64,000 bases of DNA from Bacteroidales bacterium (GTDB lineage Bacteria; Bacteroidota; Bacteroidia; Bacteroidales; VadinHA17): NCBI GenBank assembly GCA_038252165.1, contig JBBSAP010000004.1:16504-80503 (forward strand), given 5' to 3'. A program made the position numbers and the translations under genes. This document shows positions 26,553-40,439 of this stretch, piece after piece. Within the stretch, counting starts at the first letter, position 1. The number at the start of each line of letters is the position of its first letter. The notes below the pieces were generated by a model. That model was not told the origin of the DNA. It saw only the letters and a list, made by a program, of their open reading frames with translations, and did no database searches.

Positions 26553-28176
26553 TCTCAGTACCCTGGGAAATAGGTTTCAATTCAAACGCTTTTCTTACTG
26601 CTTTTTCTGCATTTACCCTGCCGTAACCATAATAAATGCTATGCCCTTCAGGATCATATTCGCCTCCGGCTGGGTCAATTTTGTCGGATGTATCTTTAAT
26701 TATTTGCCTCACCTGCTCCCATGTAAGTTCAGGATCTGCTGAAAGGATCAATGCTGCCGTTCCTGCAACTCCGGGGCAGGAGCTTGATGTTCCGCCGAAT
26801 TCATCGGTATAATCTCCTTTTGTATTATAACCGGCTTTCCCGAGACGGTCCGTCGTATAAATGCCTGTAGTAAGCGGATCGGGGTGGTTAAAGGGCGGAT
26901 AACCGAAATCACTGCTTGGGAATGAGCACCACACATTGCTCCCGTAATCGCTGTAAACGCTTCTTTTCCCCCTGTCGTTGCAGGCTGCCACTGCCATGAC
27001 TTTTTCATAACCCGCGTAACCATCATACCTGGAATCTTCATTGCCGTTACCTGCTGCAAATGTGATTATACACCCTTTCCCATTACGTCCGTTTGAGACA
27101 GCGTAATCTATAGCCAGTCTTGTACTGTCAGGCAGATCAATCAGGGTGTTATGAACAGGATCATCCGGATCGTACCAGTCGCCGTCTTCGGGTCCCCAGC
27201 TGCATGAGATTATATCAGCACCGTGATCAGCTGCCCATTTAAATGCCATGGCCTCAGAAATAGAGCCAAGGTTAGAGTTCAGGCGGACTGGCATGAGGAT
27301 CGCTCCCGGAGCAACTCCGGATGCATTTTTACCTGAAGCGACAGCCACTCCGGCACATGCAGTTCCATGATTATTCCATGCATTTTGGGGACGGGGATCA
27401 TTGCTGTTCGATGATATGTCGCGGCCATAAACAACTTTCCCGGGTTGATTGAATTCCGGATGGTCAATTTCGAAACCATCGTCTATCAGGGCAATAATAA
27501 TGTTATTCCCCAGTGAAAGTTTATGAGCCAGATCAGCCTTTACCCCTGCATTAACCTTTACACCACCAATGGTTGTTGTTTTCAGGTGCCATTGCTTCTG
27601 ATGTATTTTCTTAAAGCCCCTTTTCCTTATAAGTTCAGGGTGACAAAGCTCCACCTCCTTCATTCCCAATAGCGATTCGGCTATCTCAAAGATCCGGAGT
27701 CCTGTATTTTCCGGAGCACTTACAAAATAAGCATTCTTTGCAAAATCAGTCTTCTGCTTAATATTAAGTTGATTCCTGACAAGGATCTTCTCACATGCAT
27801 CGTTACCGATATTGTCATGGAACTTAATGAAAATATTTTCAGTATAAAGGACAACCGTTTTGCCATCATCCTCGACCAGTACCTTGCCCGCAAATCTCAG
27901 TTCAGGTTCGTTTTTTAAAGCGGTCCGGGCTTTATCCCTGGCAGCTAAACTGTTTGTAACAGAATCCCTGGTTCTGAACACAGTAATATCTGCTTCAGGA
28001 AACTCCACCACAATTTCCATATCCCTGAGCACCTTTTTTCCTTTATCAGAAATTACTGACCTCTTTAGATTTCCGGAATTCCTTGTACGGACTGCTACCA
28101 TGTCGCTGCTCTCGCGCAGGACATGTTTCGTGCCGTTCTTACCGCCGAAAGTATAGGTGAACATATTGACTGACAT
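26449..28176 (-). CDS. S8 family (subtilisin-like) serine peptidase without a signal peptide
   Basis: Catalytic triad contexts ALIDDGFEIDH (Asp), NHGTACAGVAVA (His) and GGTSSSCPGVAGTAAL (Ser). The roughly 230-aa N-terminal region has no hydrophobic leader. The last ~38 aa are encoded by the 8-nt repeat array. Confidence 0.85.
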   Translation of the reverse strand: MSVNMFTYTFGGKNGTKHVLRESSDMVAVRTRNSGNLKRSVISDKGKKVLRDMEIVVEFPEADITVFRTRDSVTNSLAARDKARTALKNEPELRFAGKVLVEDDGKTVVLYTENIFIKFHDNIGNDACEKILVRNQLNIKQKTDFAKNAYFVSAPENTGLRIFEIAESLLGMKEVELCHPELIRKRGFKKIHQKQWHLKTTTIGGVKVNAGVKADLAHKLSLGNNIIIALIDDGFEIDHPEFNQPGKVVYGRDISSNSNDPRPQNAWNNHGTACAGVAVASGKNASGVAPGAILMPVRLNSNLGSISEAMAFKWAADHGADIISCSWGPEDGDWYDPDDPVHNTLIDLPDSTRLAIDYAVSNGRNGKGCIITFAAGNGNEDSRYDGYAGYEKVMAVAACNDRGKRSVYSDYGSNVWCSFPSSDFGYPPFNHPDPLTTGIYTTDRLGKAGYNTKGDYTDEFGGTSSSCPGVAGTAALILSADPELTWEQVRQIIKDTSDKIDPAGGEYDPEGHSIYYGYGRVNAEKAVRKAFELKPISQGTETVRRHDLTTARRHDRTTARLQDCKTARPHDRTTR

Positions 28177-28200
28177 TAACTAATTCAAATTTACGAATTA

Positions 28201-29493
28201 TTATAATTCAGTTTTTAACATTTTCACTCTTTCTATAACCTCCATGCACATTCTTCCGTTATGATAGGGGCAGATCCAGAATCCTCCCTTGTCACCTGAA
28301 GGAATTCCTGTTTCCGAAACATAGCTGAACCATGCACCGTTTTTAGTGTCGACAAAATATTTTTTGATATAGTTCCAGCAGTTCAGGGATTTGTTCAGGT
28401 ATAATTCATCGCCAGTCATTTCAAATGCATGCAGGTATCCGACCACTGTTTCTGCCTGTTCCCACCACGACCGTTGTGTCCTGATTTGACCTGTGGCGTA
28501 ATTTTTTTCAGTGAGCATGCTGCCATCTTGCTGATATCCCTCTGCAGCGGCATTGGCAATCTTTAAGCAGGTTTCCTTCACTCTTTCAGTCAGTTCTTTA
28601 TCCTTAAGCAGGTCCGCAGCTTCATACAGGAGCCATGAAGACTCAATATCATGCCCGTACGAATCGACTGTTGATGTGCTTTTCCATTGCCTGTCCATAA
28701 AACATATCAGATGAGAAGTCTTTTTATCAATTATTTTATTGAGAAAGATTTCAATAAGATCCCTGAGACGGTCACCAACGACCTTATCGCCTGATACCCT
28801 GTACAAATTCGCATAAGCTTCCATTACGTGAAGGCTGGTGTTCATTGTTTTCTCATCCTTGTCAGAACTCTCTCCTATCAATCTCTCCCGGACACGCTCC
28901 CATTCGCGGCTGAAAACTTCATAATAACCTCCATATTCCTTGTCAGCCGCATACTTTTCAAAAAGGGCAAATATCTTCCGTGCTTCGGCAAGAGCCTGTT
29001 TGTCCCCTGTTGCTCTGCTGTACTCAGCAAGAGCATAAATAAAGAAAGCATTTGCGTAAACCTGTTTCCTGGTATTTGATGGGGACCCGTCTGCTTTAAG
29101 GCTCAGGTAAGCTCCTCCATACTGGCTATCGATAAAATGGGTAAGTATATAATCCTTTGCCCGTTTTGCCAGTCGCAGATAAGATGTATCTCCAAGAATC
29201 CGGTAAGCTGAAGAATAAGTCCATAATATCCTGGCATTCAGAATACCGCCTTTTTCAGCTTCCGGATAAACCTTATCCTTACCGTCTATCCTTCCGTAAA
29301 ATCCGCCGTTCACCTTGTCTGTCATTTTATTAGTCCAGTAAGGCAGAATATTTTTGGTGAGGTTATCCGTGACTTCTTTTTTAAGTTGCTCAAGCTCGTG
29401 CTTTTGGTCAGGAGTGATCTTTTTATTATCCTGACAATAACCTGAATTTGTCATGAGGAAGATGATAATTAATAATGCAATTTCCCTTTTCAT
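28201..29493 (-). CDS. AGE-family (N-acylglucosamine 2-epimerase-like) epimerase/isomerase with signal peptide
   Basis: 430-aa alpha/alpha-toroid type repeat pattern (GGFYGRID, GGAYLSL, GGYYEVF, NGAWFSY). Confidence 0.75.
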   Translation of the reverse strand: MKREIALLIIIFLMTNSGYCQDNKKITPDQKHELEQLKKEVTDNLTKNILPYWTNKMTDKVNGGFYGRIDGKDKVYPEAEKGGILNARILWTYSSAYRILGDTSYLRLAKRAKDYILTHFIDSQYGGAYLSLKADGSPSNTRKQVYANAFFIYALAEYSRATGDKQALAEARKIFALFEKYAADKEYGGYYEVFSREWERVRERLIGESSDKDEKTMNTSLHVMEAYANLYRVSGDKVVGDRLRDLIEIFLNKIIDKKTSHLICFMDRQWKSTSTVDSYGHDIESSWLLYEAADLLKDKELTERVKETCLKIANAAAEGYQQDGSMLTEKNYATGQIRTQRSWWEQAETVVGYLHAFEMTGDELYLNKSLNCWNYIKKYFVDTKNGAWFSYVSETGIPSGDKGGFWICPYHNGRMCMEVIERVKMLKTEL

Positions 29494-29568
29494 TGGTTAA
29501 TGTTTGTTAAAGAATGAATCTCGTATCAAATTGAGCATAAAATATTTATAGTATTCGATTATAATCAG

Positions 29569-29714
29569 GAGATTCTTCGCTTCGCTCAGAATGACAAGCA
29601 AATAATGGAGTTAATGGTGGAGGGTGAAGGCGGCGGCTTTCTCGCCGCCTTCACCCTCCAGACAAACATATCGATCTGTCATTCTGAGCATAACGAAGTG
29701 AAGCGAAGAATCTC
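29569..29714. repeat. nested palindromic intergenic element, copy C (best preserved)
   Basis: Left arm gagattcttcgcttcgctcagaatgaca (29569-29596). Perfect 17-bp inner hairpin, 29619-29635 pairing with 29643-29659. Right arm tgtcattctgagcataacgaagtgaagcgaagaatctc (29677-29714). Confidence 0.9.
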
Positions 29715-29827
29715 ATTAATCGTAATATTAGTTACCAGAAAATAGTGATAAAATATAAGTAATATTATTCAAATAGTCATCTGATTATTTTTAATATCTT
29801 TCCAGATATTGCATTAAAAATCCAATT

Positions 29828-32800
29828 ATGAAAACCATCTGTACCATTAAGGCTCTGAAGAGTGCATTTATTGCTGTCCCTGTTTTTTTTCTGGCATCAG
29901 GTTTAACAGCCCAGGTAAAAATGTCGGAACAGGATTGGGTGATCCCGACATATCAGGTAGCTCCTCCTGACAAAACCCCAATGTTCTTCAGGAGTGAATC
30001 ATATCAGGGCGCATCAAAATACATTTATCCTTACGGAATGAATGATGTCATTTCGGATGAAAAAGCCGACAAAGCCTGGAAAACAGTCACCCTCGAAAAT
30101 GAGTACATTAAATTATGCATCACTCCGGAGATCGGCGGTAAGCTCTATTATGCAACCGACAAATCGAATGGATACAACTTCATCTATAAAAACAACGTTG
30201 TAAAACCTTCAAATATCGGAATGCTCGGAGCCTGGGTCTCAGGGGGCATTGAATGGTGTGTGCTTCATCATCACAGGGCATCAACTTTTCAAAGTGTCGA
30301 TTATACAACATCTGAAAACAGCGACGGCAGCAAGACAATCTGGATAGGAGAAACAGAACCAAGGCACAGGATGAGATGGACGATAGGGATTACAGCTTTC
30401 CCTGAAAGATCATATTTCAGGGCAGAGGTGAAGATCCTTAATCCTACTCCGTTTACCAACACTTTCCTTTACTGGGCAAATGTGGCAGCACATACGAACG
30501 AAAACTACCAGGTGATATTCCCACCCAGTGTCAATGTAGCAACATACCATGCAAAAAACAGTTTTACCAACTGGCCATTTTCAACTGAAATATATAATGG
30601 TCAGGACTTTACAAAAGGAGTTGATATAAGCTGGTGGAAAAACTCACCCAATTCAAATTCCTTTTTTGCCTATGATCTGAAAGAAGATTTTATGGGAGGG
30701 TATGATCATGGAAGAGAGACGGGAACTGTTCATATAGGGGATCATAATATCGTCAAGGGTGCAAAGCTGTGGGAATGGGGATCAGGGGCAAGAGGCCAGG
30801 CAACGGAAGCCAGACTGACCGATAACGACGGACCTTATGTCGAAATAATGACAGGCGCATTCTCCGACAACCAGCCCGATTACAGCTGGATAAGGCCATA
30901 TGAAGTAAAGACTTTCACCCAATACTGGTATCCCGTCAAGGATATCCGGGGATTCAAGAATGCGAATCTTAACGGAGCCGTAAATCTTGAACCAGCGGAA
31001 AAGAATCAGGTATTTCTTGGATATTGCACAACCAGGAAAGTCAACAAGGCTGAGGTAATACTTAAAAACAAAGATAAGACCGTATTCAGCAAGATTATTG
31101 TAATTTCGCCCGAAAAAGCATTCACACAGCTGATTAAGATTGATGGACCATTTGATTTAACTGACCTGTATACTGAAATGACTGATTCAGAATCGGGGGA
31201 AGTGCTTATTTCATATAAACCAGTAAAGACTCAGAAAGCCGGTGAATTGCCAGATATTGTCAGACGTCCTTCTCTTCCAAAAGAAATAAGCACTGTAGAG
31301 GAGCTTTACCTTACCGGCAGCAGGATTGAGCAGTTTTATAATCCCACTCTGAATGCAATGGATTATTATGAGGAAGCCCTTAAGCGCGATCCTTTGGATA
31401 TACGGACCAATACGGCAGTTGGAAATATTTACCTCAAAAACGGAGATTACGAAACCGCCAGAAGCTATTTTTCGAGTGCTGTTAAAAGATTAACAAAGGA
31501 CTTCACCCGCCCCTCAGACTGCGAGGCGCTTTATCTGCAGGGTCTTACGCTTAAAGCAATGGGTCTTTATGATGAAGCGGTTGATACGCTTTACAGGGCA
31601 ACATGGGATTATGCATGCCATTCAGCAGCATACCTGGAGCTTGCACAGATTTCTGCATTAAGAGGTGATCTCGAAAAAGCACTGGAACAAGTAAATGAAT
31701 CATTATCAACAAATTCCAGGAATAACAGCGCTATCGTACTTAAAGTTTCAGTTTTAAGGAAGCTTGGCAATTATAAGCCGGCAGTTATGGCACTTACAGA
31801 GCTTATTGAACATGATCCGCTTGATTTCAGGGCAGGTAATGAGAAGTACCTGATCCTGAAAAAGTCAGGCGAAAATCAGAGCGCTGAAAAAACACTGGCA
31901 GATCTGAATCTGAAAATGAGAAATTATGATCAGAATTATCTTGAATTGGGAATTGGCTATATGAATGACGGACTTATTGATGAAGCTGAAGAAGTATTTA
32001 GCAGGTTCACCGGAAAAAATCCATTGATCTGCTATTATCTTGGATTTATCCAGGATAAAAAAGGCAATAAGGCGGAAGCCGGCAGGCTGTTCAGTGAGGG
32101 ATCAAACCTTTCCGTTGATTATGTTTTCCCGTTCAGGCTCGAAACGGTAAATGTTCTGAAACTGGTATCGGCCTATAATCCTGATGACGCCAGACCATTG
32201 TATTATCTGGGTGATATTTTATACGACAAACAGCCTGCCAGGGCTATAGAAGCATGGGAAAAAGCAGTCAGTCTTGATCCGTTAATGGCCATTGCTCACC
32301 GGAATCTGGGCTGGGGATATTATCATCACTTTGGTGACGGATTGAAAGCTATCACATCGTACGAAAAAGCAATATCGCTTAACAAGAATGAACCTGTTTA
32401 TTATGAAGAGCTTGATGCTTTATATGAGATGAGCAATGCCCCTGTTGAAAAGAGGCTGAGGTTATTTGAGGGCAGCAACGAAGTCGTTTCAAAACGTGAC
32501 GATGCGTTTGCCCGCCAGATAACGGTTCTGACACTAGCCGGAAAACCTGAAGAATCGGTGGAGTACCTGACCGGAAGGAAATTCAGCTATCGCGAAGGAA
32601 GCTCGAGGGTAAGGGATATAATAATTGATGCACATCTGATGCTTGGTAAAAAATACATGGCAGAAAAAAACTTCAATAAAGCACTTGAAGAATTCCTTCT
32701 TGCCCAGGTACCTGAAGATGAAGCCGGAGGAAGCAGATCAGGGAACAGGAATATACAGGTCGACTATTTCATAGGGTCAGCTTACGAAGCCCTGATAGAG

Positions 32801-33169
32801 AAATCAAAAGCTAAGAAATATTATACTTTGTCCACCGCCCAGGATTCAAGAAATTCAAGCTATGTAAAATATTACCAGGGATTAAGCTTTTCAGGACTTG
32901 GTAAGAAAAAAGAGGCTGAGGACAACTTTAATGCTATCATCGCTGAGGGTGAAAGACAAATAAAACAGAGCTCATCGGCTGAAGTCGATTTCTTTGCCAA
33001 ATTCGGAGAAAAGGAAGCTGAAAACGCAAGGCTGTCGAATGCTTACCTGCTTAAAGGCCTTGGTTACAAAGGACTGGGCAACAAAGAAGCTGCAAAGGAG
33101 AATCTGGAGAAAGCTGTGGAGTTGTCGGCAAGTAATCTCTATGCAATTACGGAATTGCAAAATCTTTAA
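29828..33169 (+). CDS. DUF5107 domain protein with C-terminal TPR repeats
   Basis: 1113 aa. N-terminal WVIPTYQVAPPDKTPMFF...LENEYIKLCITPEIGGKLYYATDK...GAWVSGGIEW matches DUF5107. Multiple TPR-like units lie in the C-terminal 600 aa. Confidence 0.8.
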   Translation: MKTICTIKALKSAFIAVPVFFLASGLTAQVKMSEQDWVIPTYQVAPPDKTPMFFRSESYQGASKYIYPYGMNDVISDEKADKAWKTVTLENEYIKLCITPEIGGKLYYATDKSNGYNFIYKNNVVKPSNIGMLGAWVSGGIEWCVLHHHRASTFQSVDYTTSENSDGSKTIWIGETEPRHRMRWTIGITAFPERSYFRAEVKILNPTPFTNTFLYWANVAAHTNENYQVIFPPSVNVATYHAKNSFTNWPFSTEIYNGQDFTKGVDISWWKNSPNSNSFFAYDLKEDFMGGYDHGRETGTVHIGDHNIVKGAKLWEWGSGARGQATEARLTDNDGPYVEIMTGAFSDNQPDYSWIRPYEVKTFTQYWYPVKDIRGFKNANLNGAVNLEPAEKNQVFLGYCTTRKVNKAEVILKNKDKTVFSKIIVISPEKAFTQLIKIDGPFDLTDLYTEMTDSESGEVLISYKPVKTQKAGELPDIVRRPSLPKEISTVEELYLTGSRIEQFYNPTLNAMDYYEEALKRDPLDIRTNTAVGNIYLKNGDYETARSYFSSAVKRLTKDFTRPSDCEALYLQGLTLKAMGLYDEAVDTLYRATWDYACHSAAYLELAQISALRGDLEKALEQVNESLSTNSRNNSAIVLKVSVLRKLGNYKPAVMALTELIEHDPLDFRAGNEKYLILKKSGENQSAEKTLADLNLKMRNYDQNYLELGIGYMNDGLIDEAEEVFSRFTGKNPLICYYLGFIQDKKGNKAEAGRLFSEGSNLSVDYVFPFRLETVNVLKLVSAYNPDDARPLYYLGDILYDKQPARAIEAWEKAVSLDPLMAIAHRNLGWGYYHHFGDGLKAITSYEKAISLNKNEPVYYEELDALYEMSNAPVEKRLRLFEGSNEVVSKRDDAFARQITVLTLAGKPEESVEYLTGRKFSYREGSSRVRDIIIDAHLMLGKKYMAEKNFNKALEEFLLAQVPEDEAGGSRSGNRNIQVDYFIGSAYEALIEKSKAKKYYTLSTAQDSRNSSYVKYYQGLSFSGLGKKKEAEDNFNAIIAEGERQIKQSSSAEVDFFAKFGEKEAENARLSNAYLLKGLGYKGLGNKEAAKENLEKAVELSASNLYAITELQNL

Positions 33170-33224
33170 AAACCCTATAGCAAAAAAGAACCCACCACCT
33201 AAACGTAATTGTTTATGAATGAAT

Positions 33225-33429
33225 GAGATTCCTCATTTCACCAGACCTTCGCAAACTCAGGTCTGGTTCCATTCGGAATGACATCGACATCAGGATCATT
33301 GGGGGGAGAGAAGCAGGGGCGATTCGTAACTGATTTTCTTCCGCTAAAACTTTCGAATGAATCGCCCCTGCTTCTCTCCCCCCTGATTACCTTAAAAACA
33401 ATGTCATTCCGAACGAAGTGAGGGATCTC
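33225..33429. repeat. nested palindromic intergenic element, copy D
   Basis: The left arm (33225-33283) is interrupted by an extra hairpin (accagacc...ggtctggt, 33240-33267). Perfect 25-bp inner stem, 33301-33325 pairing with 33359-33383. Right arm tgtcattccgaacgaagtgagggatctc (33402-33429). Confidence 0.9.
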
Positions 33430-33637
33430 CTGCTTTATTCACATCAGTTAACCTGTGACACTACTAACATTCCGAACGCTAAGGGATCAATAATCCCGTG
33501 AACAGGGATGAGTAATGACTGTTGGCACATTGATCAATTCCGGATAGGGAGGAAGATACTTATATTCAATATTTTAGCCCCTCCCTCCTGGGGGAGGGGT
33601 TGGGGAGAGGTCTATTTAGGTGGGTAGGGAGGTAAGT

Positions 33638-37450
<3,813 letters not shown>

Positions 37451-37531
37451 TTAACGCTTCTCTTAAGGAACTTTGTAATTTCGCATCATACACATTTCAG
37501 ATAAAACAAATTCAATATTAAATCTCTAAAA

Positions 37532-40348
37532 ATGAATAAATTCCGTATTTCAAGCTTTCTGCTGACTGCAGGTGTTATCCTATTATTTCTTTCTTCATGT
37601 AAAAAAACTACTGAAGACAAGCTTAGCATCAGTTATGAAAAATATGTGATGCCAAATGGATTACAGGTCATTCTTCATACCGATCATTCCGATCCTATGA
37701 TTTCTTATGCAATAATGTATCACGTCGGTTCAAGCAGAGAGGTTCCCGGCAAGACTGGTTTTGCACACCTGTTTGAACATCTTCTTTTCGGAGGATCTGA
37801 GAATGTGCCGGCCGGTACTTTCGACAAGATAATTGAGGGCATGGGCGGAAACAATAATGGATTTACCTCGCGCGATGTTACCACGTACTTTGAGATGTTC
37901 CCTAAAAATGCTCTTGAGAAGATATTATGGCTTGAATCAGACAGAATGGGGTTCTTTATCAATTCTATAACCCAGCGCAAACTTGCGATACAGCAGAATG
38001 TAGTCCAGAATGAAAAAAGACAGAGCGAGGATAATTCACCTTACGGGTTTACAGATTATGTAATCAGCAAAAACCTTTACCCGGCAAGCCACCCGTACAA
38101 CTGGGAAGTAATAGGTGAGATGAATGATCTGAAAAACGCATCACTTGATGACGTAAAATCCTATTATGATCACTTTTACGGACCAAACAATGCAACCCTT
38201 GTTCTTGCAGGCGACTTTAATCCGGATTCAGTCAAAATGCTTATCAATAAGTACTTTGGTGAGATAAAATCGCATGGAGAAGTGGCTCCGCGCACCGGAA
38301 TGGTTCCGATGCTTGATAAAACTATAAAACTCTATCATGAAGACAATTTTGCAAACGTGCCGGAGATAACTCTTGTCTGGCCTGTTGCACAGCAATATCA
38401 AAAAGATGCTTATGCACTTGATTTTCTGGCAAAATTACTGGCCGACGGGAAAAAAGCCTATCTGTACAAAGTTCTGGTAAAAGAGAAAAATCTTACTTCA
38501 AGGACTACTGCTTATAACAATTCAGGAGAACTTTCCGGAGAATTTACGATAAGTATCAGGGCAAATGAAGGCAAAACTTTAAAGGAGATTGAAGATGCAG
38601 TTAATGAAGCATTTGCAAGATTTGAAAAAGAAGGAATTTCTGCGAAGGACATCGAGAGGGTAAAAGCATCATCAGAAAAAGATTTCTATTCCGGCATTCA
38701 GAGTGTATTCGGAAAATCACTTCAGCTGGCATTTTACAACACTTACCTTAACGATCCGGGATATATGGTTAAAGATATCGAGAATATTAAAGCAGTAACT
38801 CTGGACGATGTAAAAGGAGTTTATGAAAAATACATAAAAGGGAAACCACATATTGTGACGAGCTTTGTTCCTAAGGGTGAGTTAGTAATGATTGCAGAGA
38901 ATTCAGTTCCGGCGGGTATTAAGGAAGAGAATATAAGTGAAGCAAGCCAGGTTGAGATAGCTAAAACAGATGATGAAATTACAGCAAAAATAGCTTCCTC
39001 TTTCGACCGGAGCATTGAACCATCTGCGGATAAGGAGCCCGCTGTTAATGTCCCTCAGGTTTGGAAAGGCACCCTGGCTAACGGGATAAGTATCTATGGT
39101 ATTCAGAACACTGAATTACCTCTTGTGGAGATGAATATTACAATAAGTGGTGGCGTATTACAGGATAAATTGTCATTACCCGGAGTTGCCGGTATGGTTG
39201 CTAACGTACTTCCTCAGGGAACAAAAAACAAGACGCCTGAAGATCTGGAAGAAGAGATCGAGATGCTTGGATCAAGCATAAATGTAAATTCCGGGATGGA
39301 AGAGATCACCATGAATACGAGTGCACTGTCGCGCAATTTCGACAAGACTGTGGCTCTTATGGGAGAGATACTTCTTGAACCAAGGTGGGATACAACTGAA
39401 TTCCGGCTGGCAATGACCCGGACAAAAAATGCCATTTTACAGGCTAAGGCGCAACCCGGAAGTGTGGGAAGACAGCTATTTTACAAAATGTTATACGGAG
39501 TCGATAATATTTTTGGTTACAACACAAAAGGTACAAGTGAGTCGATAGCAAAGATAACCCTTGCAGACCTCAAAACATTTTACAGCACCAATTTCTCTCC
39601 ATCAGTAACCTACATACAAGTTGCAGGGAACGTAAGCAAAGAGCAGGTTATGGAAGCTCTGAAGCCTCTTGAAAGTGTATGGCCGGCAAAAGAAGTAACA
39701 CTGAACCATTTTCCCCTTCCGGCTGGCCCTGAAAAGTCGCAGATTTATTTTGTAGACATCCCTGGTTCGCGCCAGTCGGTTATATATATCGGGAACCTTA
39801 CACTTAGCCGTGACAATCCGGATTATGTAAAAGCTGATTTCGTAAACTACAGGCTCGGTGGCGCGTTCACCAGCATTCTGAACCAGATACTCAGAGAGGA
39901 AAAAGGATATACATACGGTGCATCAAGTTATTTCCAGGAAATGAAGACAAAAGCTCCTTTCATTGCAAGTAGTATGGTACGATCGGATGCCACTTTCGAA
40001 TCGGTAAAGATATTTAAGGATGAGATGAATAAATACCGTGAAGGAATCTCGGAAGAGGATCTCCAGTTCATCAAGAATTGCATGATACTCTCGAATGCAC
40101 TGAGGTTTGAAACAAACGGATCATTGATTGGCATGCTTTCAACCATGTCGAAATATGGCCTTCCTGAAGATTACGTCAAGAAGGATGAGAACACTATAAA
40201 AGCGATGACAATTGAGGAGCACAAATCAATAACGGACAAATATATTGACCCCTCAAAGATGTACTATATTATTGTCGGGGATGCAGCAACACAACTTAAA
40301 AACCTTGAGAAAATCGGATTTGGAAAACCAATTCCTGTAACCAGATAG
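37532..40348 (+). CDS. M16 family (pitrilysin/insulinase-like) zinc peptidase, two-unit type
   Basis: HLFEHLLFGGSE inverted zinc motif (HxxEH), lipoprotein-like leader, 938 aa. Confidence 0.85.
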   Translation: MNKFRISSFLLTAGVILLFLSSCKKTTEDKLSISYEKYVMPNGLQVILHTDHSDPMISYAIMYHVGSSREVPGKTGFAHLFEHLLFGGSENVPAGTFDKIIEGMGGNNNGFTSRDVTTYFEMFPKNALEKILWLESDRMGFFINSITQRKLAIQQNVVQNEKRQSEDNSPYGFTDYVISKNLYPASHPYNWEVIGEMNDLKNASLDDVKSYYDHFYGPNNATLVLAGDFNPDSVKMLINKYFGEIKSHGEVAPRTGMVPMLDKTIKLYHEDNFANVPEITLVWPVAQQYQKDAYALDFLAKLLADGKKAYLYKVLVKEKNLTSRTTAYNNSGELSGEFTISIRANEGKTLKEIEDAVNEAFARFEKEGISAKDIERVKASSEKDFYSGIQSVFGKSLQLAFYNTYLNDPGYMVKDIENIKAVTLDDVKGVYEKYIKGKPHIVTSFVPKGELVMIAENSVPAGIKEENISEASQVEIAKTDDEITAKIASSFDRSIEPSADKEPAVNVPQVWKGTLANGISIYGIQNTELPLVEMNITISGGVLQDKLSLPGVAGMVANVLPQGTKNKTPEDLEEEIEMLGSSINVNSGMEEITMNTSALSRNFDKTVALMGEILLEPRWDTTEFRLAMTRTKNAILQAKAQPGSVGRQLFYKMLYGVDNIFGYNTKGTSESIAKITLADLKTFYSTNFSPSVTYIQVAGNVSKEQVMEALKPLESVWPAKEVTLNHFPLPAGPEKSQIYFVDIPGSRQSVIYIGNLTLSRDNPDYVKADFVNYRLGGAFTSILNQILREEKGYTYGASSYFQEMKTKAPFIASSMVRSDATFESVKIFKDEMNKYREGISEEDLQFIKNCMILSNALRFETNGSLIGMLSTMSKYGLPEDYVKKDENTIKAMTIEEHKSITDKYIDPSKMYYIIVGDAATQLKNLEKIGFGKPIPVTR

Positions 40349-40375
40349 AAAGCCTACCGGTGAGCTGACATATTT

Positions 40376-40439
40376 TAACTCTGCGCAATCTGCGGGTAAC
40401 TCTGCGGAAATCTGCGAGAAATCTTTTTAGCTCTCGCAG
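40376..40439. repeat. iterated TCTGCG motif block ending in an 8-bp hairpin
   Basis: Spacing of the motif is 9-12 nt: tctgcgcaa, tctgcgggtaac, tctgcggaaa, tctgcgagaaa. ctgcgaga (40412-40419) pairs with tctcgcag (40432-40439). Confidence 0.7.

Noticed and set aside
26449-28176. ietAS-type defence pair (ATPase + S8 protease)
   Set aside because: No ATPase gene is adjacent. The neighbours are an AGE epimerase and a 4-TM protein.
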